Positions 13,786 to 24,474 of a DNA stretch of 64,000 nt are shown here, piece after piece. The position numbers and the translations under genes are program-made. The DNA comes from Pristiophorus japonicus. Its lineage: Eukaryota. The stretch is from NCBI RefSeq assembly GCF_044704955.1, contig NC_091984.1, forward strand, positions 148,490,001 through 148,554,000, in the 5' to 3' direction. The notes under the pieces are model-generated. The model did not search any database and was not told where the DNA came from. It saw only the letters and a program-made list of their open reading frames with translations. How positions within the stretch are numbered: the first letter of the stretch is position 1; the number at the start of each line of letters is the position of its first letter.

Positions 13786-13972
13786 CTGAGAACCCCCACA
13801 CCCGATCGCCCAGGTTCTCCCCCCCCCCCAGTTCCCACAAGGTCAGCCCCCGATCACTCCCTCTGGTCTCCCCTCCACTCCCCCATCCCCCATCCCCCCA
13901 GCCTCCTAACGACCCCCGACTCCCCCAGGAGCTGGAGCATCACTGCGGAGCTCTCCTCAGGCCGACATAACC

Positions 13973-14090
13973 GTGCTGGGTAACACTCACACACACACAC
14001 ACACACACACCTGCAGACAGTGCTGGGTAACAGTCACACACACACACACACCTACAGGCGGTGCTGGGTAAGCCACACTAACACTCAGGA
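13973..14090. repeat. Compound repeat GTGCTGGGTAA + (CA)n, 3 units
   Basis: Directly visible. Confidence 0.85.
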
Positions 14091-14336
14091 ACATGTACAC
14101 GGTGATACACTGACTGCTCCTCTCCCTAAGCTGAGGCCTCACTCGGTACAGTTTTGTGCTGCTACCATGAGCCACACGTTAAGGAGAGAGAATGCAACGT
14201 TGTGACTGTGGCCTCCTGCCCCCAGATTGCCCCCAGCAGTCAGCACACAGTGCACAGTGCGATCCCACCATCGGGGGCTGCCCCAACACCCTCAGTGTGC
14301 TGAGTGAGAGCCAATGCTCAGACAGAGAGGGTTTAA

Positions 14337-14575
14337 TTTTTTTTTTTTAATTTTTCGTTGCCAATCTTTCCAATTCTTTGTCAAATCACAAACGCCAGAG
14401 GTCACCTTGCACACATCATGGATCACTCTGCGCCAATGCTTTTAGCCAAAAGGCCGGGAGCCACTGCACTGTTCCTGGAAGTACTGCAATACCAGGTTCG
14501 TGCCATGGAGGTGGATGGGTCAGGTCCCCCACACACCTCCGTGGAGGTGGATGGGTCAAGCCACCCCACCCACCC
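14337..14575 (-). mobile_element. Poly(A)-tailed retroposon fragment with U2 snRNA-derived segments in permuted order
   Basis: The minus strand reads ACCTGGTATTGCAGTACTTCCAGGAACAGTGCA (U2 3' end-like), then CGGCCTTTTGGCTAA (U2 5' end-like), about 85 nt of tail, and an A-run. Confidence 0.75.
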
Positions 14576-14813
14576 CAGCAGCTTTTAGTGTCTCTGTGTT
14601 TAATCTTGTTCACTCCAGGGGTTCAAGGCCAAATTGATCGTTTTAAAATGATTGATAACAGGCTTTGAATCAAATTTCCTTCTGATGTGCCATTGATTGA
14701 CAGCCCACCCAGCCAATCAGGACAGACACTTACTGAAATGCAGCCAATCCAGTTGAGGGGGAGGTGGGACATTTCCAAAGCATTCGCCAGACACAGACTG
14801 AATATTCTTCACG

Positions 14814-14914
14814 TTTATTGCCTTTTACAGATTCACATTTACAGAAATAAGACTTGAATAAACAGCCCAGTGAGAGCGAGCTGGAGACATTCACAGGGAG
14901 AATGCAGCTTTATT
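14814..14914 (-). terminator. Two AATAAA poly(A) signals for the Ig light-chain transcript (14909-14914, 14814-14819)
   Basis: TTTATT on the + strand, about 420 and 515 nt downstream of the C stop codon. Confidence 0.7.
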
Positions 14915-15334
14915 AAAACAGTTGTGGGGATTTTCTCCACACCGTGAGAATCCTGTCCCTTTAAACGGGGACAAAACCTTGAATTATAACAGCAGGGTAA
15001 GCAGGGAGGGGATCTGCTTACTGAAGCGGCACTTCGCAGTTTAACATTAGTTTTACTCTGCGGACAGTCTTCAGCATCTTCGAGAGGTTTTACGAGTCAA
15101 CACTGTCCCATCAAACACTCCCAGGGCAGGTACCGCACGGGTTAGATACAGAGTAAAGCTCCCCTGACACTGCCCCAATAACATGCCTTACCCCCTGACC
15201 CTCAGATGCTTTCCCTGACATAGTCCCGAGAAGGAAGAGAGTAGAAATGCAGTGCTGACAATGACCTTTGGCCTCCCGGCTCACCCCCTGTTCTGTTTAA
15301 AGTTGCGTCTCCCCCGCGGACTGTCCCTGACACA

Positions 15335-15663
15335 CTACGCACATTCTGCTCTCCTGACGCCCTTGCTGAGGGGAGAGGAGAGGCTCTCGTGGGTGAGGCT
15401 GCAGGAGAAGCTGGCGTTGGACTCCCAGTCGGAGCCAGAGAGGGTCAGCAGGCTGCTGACACTGTAGGTGTTGTCCGAAGCTCGCAGGTAGTCGCTGGTC
15501 TGGACCCCGGCCGAAATGGTCGCCCCGTCCTTCTTCCACTCCACCTCCACCGCATCGGGGTAGAAGTGATCGGCGAGGCACACCAGGGTGGCAGTGCCCT
15601 TGGTCGTGACCTCCTCCGGGGAGGGGGGCAGCAGGGTCAGCGTGGGTGGTGTCTTCCCTCGAC
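15335..15663 (-). CDS. IGKC: Immunoglobulin light-chain constant exon, kappa/type III (NS4-like)
   Basis: Acceptor tttctcctccctttcAG at 15664-15665, phase 1. The exon reads (S)RGKTPPTLTLLPPSPEEVTTKGTATLVCLADHFYP...WKKDG...YSVSSLLTL...FSCSLTHESLSSPLSKGVRRAECA*. It has the C1-set Cys/Trp/Cys and a penultimate interchain Cys. Confidence 0.97.
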
Positions 15664-15701
15664 CTGAAAGGGAGGAGAAATCTGTTTAATAGATGTATAT
15701 T

Positions 15702-15726
15702 AGTGTGTGTGTGTGTGTGTGTGTGT
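15702..15726. repeat. (GT)n microsatellite
   Basis: Directly visible. Confidence 0.9.
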
Positions 15727-15893
15727 CACTGTGGGTGTTTCCGTGTGGGGATAATTCAGATCTGATAACGGAGACCTGGGTTAATGAACTCCTGGCTGGC
15801 GATTAACCATTAGAGGCGAGCAACACTAATTCTTCATCTTCTTTGCCTCGCTTGATAAGTTTAATCTAAATATAAATGCGTTTAATGTTAAGG

Positions 15894-17350
15894 TGTAGAA
15901 TTTACCAATATTTCGCAAAGATTCCTAGTACCTTTCCCCTGCAGAGGAGAAGAATCCCTTTCTGGACTTTTAAAATGAGTTTAAAGGGGCAGACGGCGCC
16001 TGCAGGGGATAAAAGGGGATGCATTCATGGAGACCTCCCCTGTGTTTGGACTTTTTGAAAAGAGAATTCAAAATGGACCTAAATTACAGAAGCCTGAGAT
16101 CCCCTAAACATCTATGGGAAGGAGCATATCGATTTTAAGATTATACAACATTTTGGCTGCGAAAAAGAGTTGCCGAATACAGGAGGTGGGGCTAACTTCT
16201 GTGAAGAAAATTCGTGTATTAAGGATCCCAGACTGTCTGGGGGAACTATTCACCCCCTAAGAGATAATCGAATTACCCAATCAAGCATAATGGAAATCAT
16301 GGTCAGAAAAACTGGACAATCCTAAAACAATGCAAAACCAGTGATAGCACATTCTCACACCCTAATCGAGTTACTGCTGACAAAGGAGACATTTGAAAGT
16401 CAATGGATAGAACAGTTTAAACAGAGCCCAAGAGATTTGATGGGAGATAACGGAACCTTTTTTTGGGATATATCTATCCCCCAGTTTTACAAGGAAAAAC
16501 TAACAGAACACAGACTGGAACTCGCACAGACTCGAACAAGGACACAGACTGGAACACAGACACAGACAAGCAGCCTGCTTGCTCTACAGTGAAGAAATGG
16601 AATAGTGAAGGAAACTACCAGAACTGATCAGGAACTGACCGAGCACGAGGCCCACGAAACGGAAGGTTGTCAGCAACCAAATTGACAACCACTCTACAAT
16701 CTACTTCTGAACGTCCCAATGGGGAAGAAATTACCAAAAGGGACTCACTAAAACTATTCCTAACCAAAGAAAATGGGTACTTACCCCATACATCCAAAAC
16801 GCAACTTACCGCATCAACGGATGCATCCCAACCGAAGACTACGCAGTCCGAAGTCCTCTCCTCCATCCGGGGTACGGCTAGCCTAGAAGGCCAAGTGCAG
16901 AGAACCCCGAAACTGTGATTCACCGGCAACTGTCTAAAGGGATTGGTGAGCATAGCCCCTGAACCCTCAGAGCTCTAACTTAGTTAGTTAGGGGAATTGG
17001 GAGGGGGGAGGCTGGGATAACTTGTGTAAATGTATCTGCATTCTCCTCTTTACCCCATTTAGAGTTGAAGCTGTATTCTTTTCCCCACAGGCTGTAATTT
17101 GACAATTTATTCAATGTATTGTACTCCTCAGTGTGTATTGGTCTGTGTGTGTTATTAAAGGTGTGCCTTTTACTTCTTTTTAAAAACAATAAAGGCATAC
17201 CTGCTTCCTACCTTGAAACCGATTGTCTGTCCAAGTCTGTCACAATCCCTTCATAATTCCAATGTCTGGGACCAAGGGTGTGGGAGCGATTCGAAACCGC
17301 TCATATAAGGTCAGAAGGGAAAGCTGACCCCCTGCAAACCACCCCTTACA
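15894..17350 (+). mobile_element. Solo LTR (1457 bp) in the J-C intron, antisense to the Ig gene
   Basis: TGTAG...TTACA termini flanked by a 4-bp direct repeat AAGG (15890-15893 / 17351-17354). AATAAA at 17188. No coding motifs. Confidence 0.75.
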
Positions 17351-17364
17351 AAGGTGATTAAAAA

Positions 17365-17830
17365 AAATAAAAGCCATGCATTTATATTACACCTTTCACA
17401 ACCCCCATACGTCTCAAAGCACTTTACAGCCAATGAAGTACTTTTGGAGTGCAGTCACTGTTGTAATGTGGGAAATACGGCAGCCAATCTGCGCACAGCA
17501 AGCTCCCACAAACAGCGATGTGATAATGACCTGAAAATCTGTTCTTCTGTCATGTTGGTTGAGGGATATATATTGACCAGGACACCGGTGAACTCCCCTG
17601 CTCTTCTTCAAAATAGTGGCATGGGATCTTTTACATCCACCTGAGAGGGCAGACGGGGCCTCGGTTTAACGTCTCATCTGAAAGACAGCCCCTCCGACAG
17701 TGCGGCGGTCCCTCAGCAATGCACTGCAGTGTCAGCCTAGATTTTTGTGCTCAAGTCCCTGGAGTGGGACTTGAACCCACAAACCTTCTGACTCAAAGGT
17801 GAGAGTGCAATGCACTGAGCCACGGCTGAT
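17365..17830 (-). mobile_element. Shark tRNA-derived SINE (HE1-like). Related fragments lie at about 18290-18375, 18830-19130 and 20005-20215
   Basis: tRNA-like head on the minus strand with A box (GTGGCTCAGTG) and B box (GGTTCAAGTCC). The body is shared with the other copies. Confidence 0.8.
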
Positions 17831-18377
17831 ACTCAAAATCATATTGGACTGTTGTATTAACATCTGCAGTGCAGGGTTGGCACACATTCAGCACTGAAAT
17901 GGTTAACAGTAAGAGTCGGTAAAGACTGAGTGTCCCGTTAAGATGCTGTTCACTGGCAGGAAGCTCGAACTGTAGATGGGTGGATACAGGGGAAACAGGC
18001 TCAGCAGTGAGAAAGCTCAGATCACACACAGATCGGGAGAACTTTATCCGGGAACATTGCGGCACACTTGTATAAACACACTTCAGCAAGGCTTCATGTT
18101 GGGTGTCGGTGTAGAAGCTTCTAGATTGCGTTTAAAAGCTTGCTGCCCAGCACCGGGGTGAGATCAAAGGTGAGGCTACAATTAGCCTCAGTGTACCGGG
18201 GTCAGGCAGGGTCACTGCTCCCAATGATCCCGTGAGCTCCTGGAAGGTCAGAGTGCGCAGACAATGGGCGAGGGTCAGGATCAGGGCCGTCCCACTTCAA
18301 TGAAAGAAGGCCTTGAAATTATATAGCGCCTTTCACAGCCTCAGGATGTCCCAAGGTGCTTTACAACCAATTGCACA

Positions 18378-18825
18378 CAGGAAGATTTACGAGGATGTTG
18401 CCTGGACTGGAAAATTTTAGCTATGAACAAAGATTGGATCTGCTGGGGGTGTTTTCCGTGGAACAGAGGAGGCTGAGGGGAGACCTTATTGAGGTGTATA
18501 AAATTATGAGGGGCCGAGATAGAGTGGATAGGAAGGCTCTATTTCCCTTAGCAGAGGGGTCAACAACCAGGGGGCATAGATTTAAAGTAATTGGTGGAAG
18601 GTTTAGAGGGGAGATGAGAAAACAATTCTTCACCCAGAGGGTGGTGGGGGTCTGGAACTCACTGCCTGAAAGGGTGGTAGAGGCAGAAACAATCTCCACA
18701 TTTAAAAAGTACTTGGATGTGCACTTGAAGTGCCGTAACCTACAGGGCTACGGACCCAGAGCTGGAAAGTGGGATTAAGCTGGAGAGATCTTTGTCGGCC
18801 AGCGAAGATACGATGGACCAAATGG
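18378..18825 (+). mobile_element. CR1 3' fragment. Further CR1 3' fragments in the same intron at about 19460-19910 and 20740-21160
   Basis: RRLRGDLIEVYKIM...FTQRVV motifs. Confidence 0.9.
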
Positions 18826-21262
18826 TGTCAGCCAGTGGCTCAGTTGGTAGCAGCCTCACCTCTGAGTCAGAATTTGAGGGTTCAAATCCCACTCTGGTGT
18901 CCTGGCCGATATTTATTTCGCAACATGACAAAAACAGGTTATTTGGTCATCAGCACATTGCTGTTTGTGGGAGCTTGCTGTGCACGAATTGGCTGCTGCA
19001 TTTCCTACATTACAACAGTGAGTACACTTCAAAAAGTACTTCATTGGTTGTAAAGCACTTTGGGATGTCTGGTGGTCGTGAATGTCCCTCAGAGCCGAGC
19101 GTGCAAGTGACTGAGCCACGGCTGATACCTCACTGTCGATAAGCATGACACACTCAGTCTCAGGGATCACACTGGAACAGTGAGCCCACTTAGGGAGGGG
19201 AGCTGTGCCCCAGCCAGAGGTAGTGCCTTCAGGAGTGAGATGGGGAGCAGATGACGGGCAGCCTGTGGTGTAGAGGTGCGACATTTTAACGGCCGAGGGC
19301 AGGTGCTAAGCCCGTTTACCTGTAAGAATATGGTAAGTGGATGGGGAAAGTGGGCCGGGCACTGAGGTAACGTCCTGCGTTGCTGGTGGAACTCCTGCTG
19401 TCTGCTCCATCACGTATGACAAACATGAAGACACATCAGATGGACATCTGGGATGGGGGGATTGTCCTATGGAGAGATTGAGTAGACTAGGCCTATATTC
19501 TCCAGTGTTTAGAAGAATGAGAAGGGATCTCATTGACACATACAAAATTCTGACAGGGCTTGACAGGGTAGATGCAGGGACGATGTTTCCTCGGGCTGGG
19601 GAGTCTAGAACCAGGGGTCACAGTCTCAGTATAAAAGCTCGGCCATTTAGGACTGAGATGAGGAGATACCTCTTCACTCAGAGTGTGATGAATCTGTGGA
19701 ATTCTCTTTCCCAGAGGGCTGTGGAGGTTCAGTCCTTGAGTATATTCCGGAGATCGATAGATTTTTGAATATTAAGGGAATCGAGGGATATGGGGACAGT
19801 GCAGGAAAGTGGAGTTGAGGTAGAAGATCAGCCATGATCTCATTGAATGGCGGAGCAGGCTCGAGGGGCCGAATGGCCTCCTCCTGCTCCTAATTCCCAA
19901 GTTCTTATGGAACATTAGTCCGTGTTCTGGGGATTTTCTGCTGGGTCCAGATTTAATCAGCAGAGGAATTGTACGATGCCCAGTTAATAAAAAGAAAAGA
20001 GAAATTAAAGAAAGGCCTGCATTTATATAGCGCCATTTACACCTCAGGATGTCCCAAAGTGCTTCACAGCCAATGAAATACATTTTTGAAGTGCAGTCAC
20101 TGTTGTAATGTGGGAAACAGGGCAACTAATTTGTGCACAGCAAGCTCCCACACACAGCAATGAGGTAAATAAGCATTTTAAGCGATGTAGGTCGAGGGAT
20201 AAATATCGGCCTGAACTCGAGCCACAGAAACAGCAACTGAGAGTCTCCCCACAACCCTGGAGCACTGCAGCTGCCGGATTGGAGCCCTGCTGCCCCTGTT
20301 TGTGATCAGAAGTTGGACAGGAGGTGAGCGGGGGCTGGACAGATCAGAGTTGGAGCTGGGGGAGGCGGGACCTCGGGAGTGTCAGTGTGCTGAGGCTGAG
20401 CTCAGTTATATCAGAGACTGTGACAGGAGCACAGACTGCCCCCAGCGAGCTCACTCACTCACACCCACACTCTGCCCGTGTCTCACACACCGTGTCTGTC
20501 ACACTGAGACAGGCAGGAGGCTCGGGAGCGATTTCCGGGGATGGTGCAGGGATGGGACCGCAGTGTGCCAACGTCCAGATCTCCTCCACACGGTGGGTAA
20601 CAGTTCGTTACTTGTACTTTGCTGGGTGAAGGGGGAGTGTGGGTAAAGGAATACAGCCAGGCTCCCTGTCATACACAGCACTCTTCAATTAACCCTTTCA
20701 TTCACCGCAGCTCCCCACCATATTATATAACCCATACACAGGCACTGGAGAGGGTGCAGAGAAGGTTTACAAGGATGGGACCAGAAGTGCGAGGGTTTAC
20801 ATATCAGGAAAGGATGAACAGGCTGGGGCTCTTTTCTCTTGAGGCTGAGGGGTGACCTGATAGAGGTCTTTAACATTAGGAAAGGATTTGATAGAGTGGA
20901 TACAGAGAGAGTGTTTCCACATGTGGGGAAGAGCAGAACTAGAGGCCATCAATATAAGATAGTCAGCAAGAAATCCAATCGGGAATTCAGGAGAAAATTC
21001 TTTACCCGGCAAGCGGTGAGAATGTGGAACTGGCTACCACAGGGAGTGATTGAAGTGAATAGTATCGATGTATTTAAGGGGAGGCTAGACAGGGATATGA
21101 GGGAGAAGGGAATAGAGGGTTATGCTGATAGATTTAGATGAGGAAAGACGGGAGGATCGAGTGTAATCATATGTAAACTAACACCTTCGCACATTCAGCA
21201 TTTGTGTCTTAGAAAGATTCAGTATTTAAAGTGTTAATAACGGAGCATTGGGTTTTACTTAC

Positions 21263-21297
21263 TCAGTCTGAGCTTGGTTCCTTTACCGAACGTGAGC
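21263..21297 (-). CDS. IGKJ: Ig kappa J segment LTFGKGTKLRL(S)
   Basis: FGxG motif. Splice donor GTAAGT at 21262-21257, phase 1, compatible with the C exon. Confidence 0.97.
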
Positions 21298-21336
21298 CAC
21301 AGTGACAGCTTCCAGTGCAGCGGCTGTACAATATCC
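21298..21336 (+). other. J recombination signal, 23-bp spacer
   Basis: CACAGTG (21298-21304) + 23 nt + ACAATATCC (7/9 match to the consensus nonamer). Confidence 0.95.
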
Positions 21337-21349
21337 TCCGTCCCTGGCT

Positions 21350-21655
21350 CACTCAGTCTCTCTCCCCCGCTCTCTGTCTGTGTATGAGTGTGTCTCACTC
21401 ACTCTGTTTCTCATACTCTCTCGCTCTCTCTCACAGTCTCGCTGACTCTGTTTCTCCCTCCCTCTCACACTCTCTCTCTCTCCCTCACTCCCTCTTCCTC
21501 CCTCCCTCTCTGCCGCTCCCTCTCCCTCAATCTGTCTCCCTCCTTCTCCCTCCCACACTCACTCAATCTCTCTCCCATTACAATCACGCTCTCTCGTGCT
21601 CTCTCTCTCTCTCTCACTCCCTCCCTCTCCCTCTCTCCCTCCCTCTCTCTCTGTG
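21350..21655. repeat. CT-rich microsatellite-like tract in the V-J interval
   Basis: Directly visible. Confidence 0.9.
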
Positions 21656-21929
21656 TCTGAGTTGCCTGTGGCAGTGCCCGGGAGAGTTGGGAATCCGACG
21701 TGTTTGGGACAAATCTCCCAGCTGCCCTTCCCGCCCCATCAGACGGTAACCCTGGGGCCATGGAATTGCTGGAGAATGAAAGTCCCCCTCACACAGGGCT
21801 CACCTCTTTGTGCCCCTTGAACAACGGGCTCCGTCTGCAAGCGAGATGTTTGTGTTGCTGACACAGGCCTTCCTCGGGGATCATTATAAAATAACGAGTT
21901 TCAGGGGCTTTAGAAACCTGTTTCCTCAG

Positions 21930-22445
21930 TCCGTGACCCGTGTGTACATGGAGTGTGAGAGGATGCAGCCCCTCTTCCACTATTTGAAGGGGCTGCTCCT
22001 CGATTTCTGGCTCCACTTCAGTCCCACGCTCCTGGGCCTGGTCACCCGGTGCGGGGGGAGTGGACGGGTCGGAGGGCCTCCCTGTGGGCCTGCTCCTGGG
22101 CCTGGCCACCCGGTGCAGGGAGAGTGGACAGGTCGGAGGGCCTCCCCATGGGGCTGCTCCTGGGCCTGGTCACCCGGTGCAGGGAGAGCGGGCAGGTCAG
22201 AGCGCCTCCCCGTGGGCCTGCCCATGGTGGCCATCCACAGGTCCCAGTTGGACGGGGCTCATGGGGTGGTCGCGCTGCCTGCCTGCCTCCCTTCGAGGGC
22301 TATGTCCACATCAGGATGACCCTGGGGATGGAGCCCAGGGTAGGCTTGAGGCCTTCTGCGACGAGTGGGCACCGCAGGGCCTGGAGTGTGGGGTGGGCAG
22401 TGAAAGAGCACGACCATTTCACTTGTTCACTTTCCTTTCATGTTT
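21930..22445 (+). mobile_element. Tx1/L1-clade LINE 3' fragment with about 3 internal tandem copies of a ~62-bp unit, located between V and J
   Basis: VYMECERMQPLFHYLKGLLLDFWLHFSPTLL matches the element at 42170-42270. Confidence 0.7.
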
Positions 22446-22790
22446 ATGCCTTGAGTTTTATTAGTTGTGGCCCTCTCAATAGTGGGGGGTTTGTGAGATT
22501 ATTTGGATTGAGGACAGAGGGACCATCCAGTGTCTCCGTGCTGTCTGAATGTACAGAGTAGAGCTGTGAGATTGTCAGTGATGAAGACACAGCCCCAACT
22601 CCTCTCTGACCCACTCCATCCTTTCCCAATTCACTGCAGCTTCCAGCTGAATATTCCTGCCGTCACTCCCATCGAGCTGTGTGTCAGTCATGTGTTAAAC
22701 CGTACAGGAGGTGGGGCTGTGTGTCCATTATTATATATTATATATAACTGTGGGGTGAGTCAGTACAGGAGGTGGGGCTGTGTATATTGA

Positions 22791-22818
22791 GGTTTTTGTA
22801 CGGCTGTGTATCACAGTG
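22791..22818 (-). other. V recombination signal, 12-bp spacer
   Basis: Minus strand CACTGTG + 12 nt (ATACACAGCCGT) + perfect nonamer ACAAAAACC. Confidence 0.97.
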
Positions 22819-23117
22819 TCCAGCGGAGCTATACCCATACTGACAGTAATAGTTTGCGACATCCTCGCTCTGCACGTTGCTGATGCTCAGGGTGAACGTG
22901 TTGGACTGGTAACTGCCGGTGAAGCGATTGGAGGTTCCAGTGAAACGATCTGTTGCCTCATAGATCAGCAGAGTGGGTTTCTGCCCGGCTTTCTGCTGGT
23001 ACCAAGCAACATCATTGCTAACGGATGCACTGGCAGTACAGGTGATCTTTGCAGTCTGTCCCTCACTCACTGACAGCACCGGGGGAGACTGGGTCATGAT
23101 GATGTCCCCACTGATAC
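22819..23117 (-). CDS. IGKV: Ig kappa V exon, open and unrearranged
   Basis: Acceptor AG at 23118-23119. The exon reads [27 protein letters not shown]...[15 protein letters not shown]...[16 protein letters not shown]. Confidence 0.98.
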
Positions 23118-23304
23118 CTGAGGGGGAAATGGGGAAAGAAAGTGAAGTAAGCACTGTCACAGAAAGACGCTGTAAAATGAGAGATTGCTCGAGACACTGA
23201 GTTCTCCTCTAGTGTCAGCATTTGCCCTTCAATCACTGGTCAGTAGAGTTGGACAGAAATCGACAGCAGGAAGATATTAAACGTGGAAGGAGAGAGATTG
23301 GTAC

Positions 23305-23353
23305 CTGCGACGCAGAATGCCAGAGGCCAGATCAGCTGGATGGGTGAAATCAT
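23305..23353 (-). CDS. IGKV: Ig V leader exon MISPIQLIWPLAFCVA(G)
   Basis: ATG at 23353-23351, hydrophobic peptide, GT donor at 23304 (phase 1), 187-bp intron. Confidence 0.93.
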
Positions 23354-23410
23354 GGTGTCTGCTCCTGTCCCTGTGCCTGCTTACTGATAAACTGCCCTTC
23401 ACTGGGCTCT

Positions 23411-23492
23411 GCTTTATAAACCTGCAGCCTGAGAGAGTCTCACTGCCCATCCCTCAGTATGTAAATGTCTTCACCCAGAGAAAGCCACGTCA
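23411..23492 (-). promoter_or_regulatory. V promoter: TATA (TTTATAAA, 23413-23420), octamer variant ATTTACAT (23459-23466), CRE-like TGACGTGG (23485-23492)
   Basis: Order, orientation and spacing match light-chain promoters. The octamer has one mismatch to ATTTGCAT. Confidence 0.75.
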
Positions 23493-23835
23493 GCACCTTG
23501 CACTTCCTCTTCTTCTATCCCTCCCTCCCACCATCACCCTCTCCCTTCCTCTCTTTGTCTGTCACCCTCTGTTGCTCTTTCGCGATCGCACCATCTCCAT
23601 CTCCCCCTCTAACCTTCTCCCCCCTTCTCTCCCCCCTTCCCTTCTCGCCGTTCCTCACCTTCTCTCCCCCATCACCTTCTCCCCCCTCCCCTCCTCCCCT
23701 CCCCTCCTACGCCCCCCTCCCCTCCATCCTCCTTCCCTGCCTCACACCAAGTGCTGATCCAAAATGACCCCTGAACTCACTGACCTGCAGCCCCTGACCT
23801 CACTGACCTACTGCCCCTGACCTCACTGACCTACT

Positions 23836-24150
23836 CATCATCCTCATCGACGGTCCCTCGAACGAGGATGACTTGCTTGCACATGAGTTCAGAGATGTTT
23901 CAATGAAGGACCCGATGTTCCAGTCCTGAACTCCAATTGAAGAGGTTGAAGATGCCTGTGCATGGATTGTTTTAACGTGTGGTGACTGTTGCACATCAGC
24001 CACTACACAGGCTTGACAGAGCTAGGCCTTTATCCAGTGGCAAGGGTTAACCAGGACGACTGGAGACCTGCTCTACTGCATGGGCCTAGTGCGCACACAT
24101 ATCGCAGTGTAGCCTGGTCTATGCTGCTCTTGGGCCCTCGGCTCTCCTGG
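23836..24150 (-). mobile_element. RTE-tail-related non-autonomous repeat; an inverted partial copy lies at about 38937-39165
   Basis: Its terminus resembles the RTE 3' end at 13397-13436, and it shares sequence with the second copy. Confidence 0.55.
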
Positions 24151-24474
24151 TGCCGAATCCTCATTTACCGCACCTCCACCATGATCCCTCACCAAATCTC
24201 CGCCACGATCCCTCACCGCTCCTCCGCACCAAACATTGGCTGGAACTCCGCCATGACCACTCAGCAAATCTCAGCCACGATCCCTCATCGCTCCTCCCCT
24301 CGATCACTCGCCACACCTCCCCGTGACCTTCCCGCTTCTCTGCTTTACCTAGGCTCAGCCGATGCTCCTGCCCATGCTCCAAATGGCGACCTGGGTCCTG
24401 ATGACGTCACCCAATCGCCCACCTCGAAGCTGTCGCTCACTTGGAGCAGCTCGCGCTGGAAGTTGTCGTGGTAT

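Noticed and set aside
14440-14500. Functional U2 snRNA gene
   Set aside because: The segments are out of order, the central branch-pairing and Sm regions are missing, and there is a poly(A) tail.
17755-17830. tRNA gene
   Set aside because: It is a SINE head continuous with the SINE body.
15664-21262. Canonical kappa intronic enhancer kB site, or additional J segments
   Set aside because: I saw no exact GGGACTTTCC and no second FGxG/RSS. There are only isolated weak motifs, such as GGCAGGTG near 19298.
21315-21761. Ser/Leu- and Arg/Glu-rich ORFs (also 11589-11931 and 23317-23767)
   Set aside because: These are translations of low-complexity purine/pyrimidine tracts.
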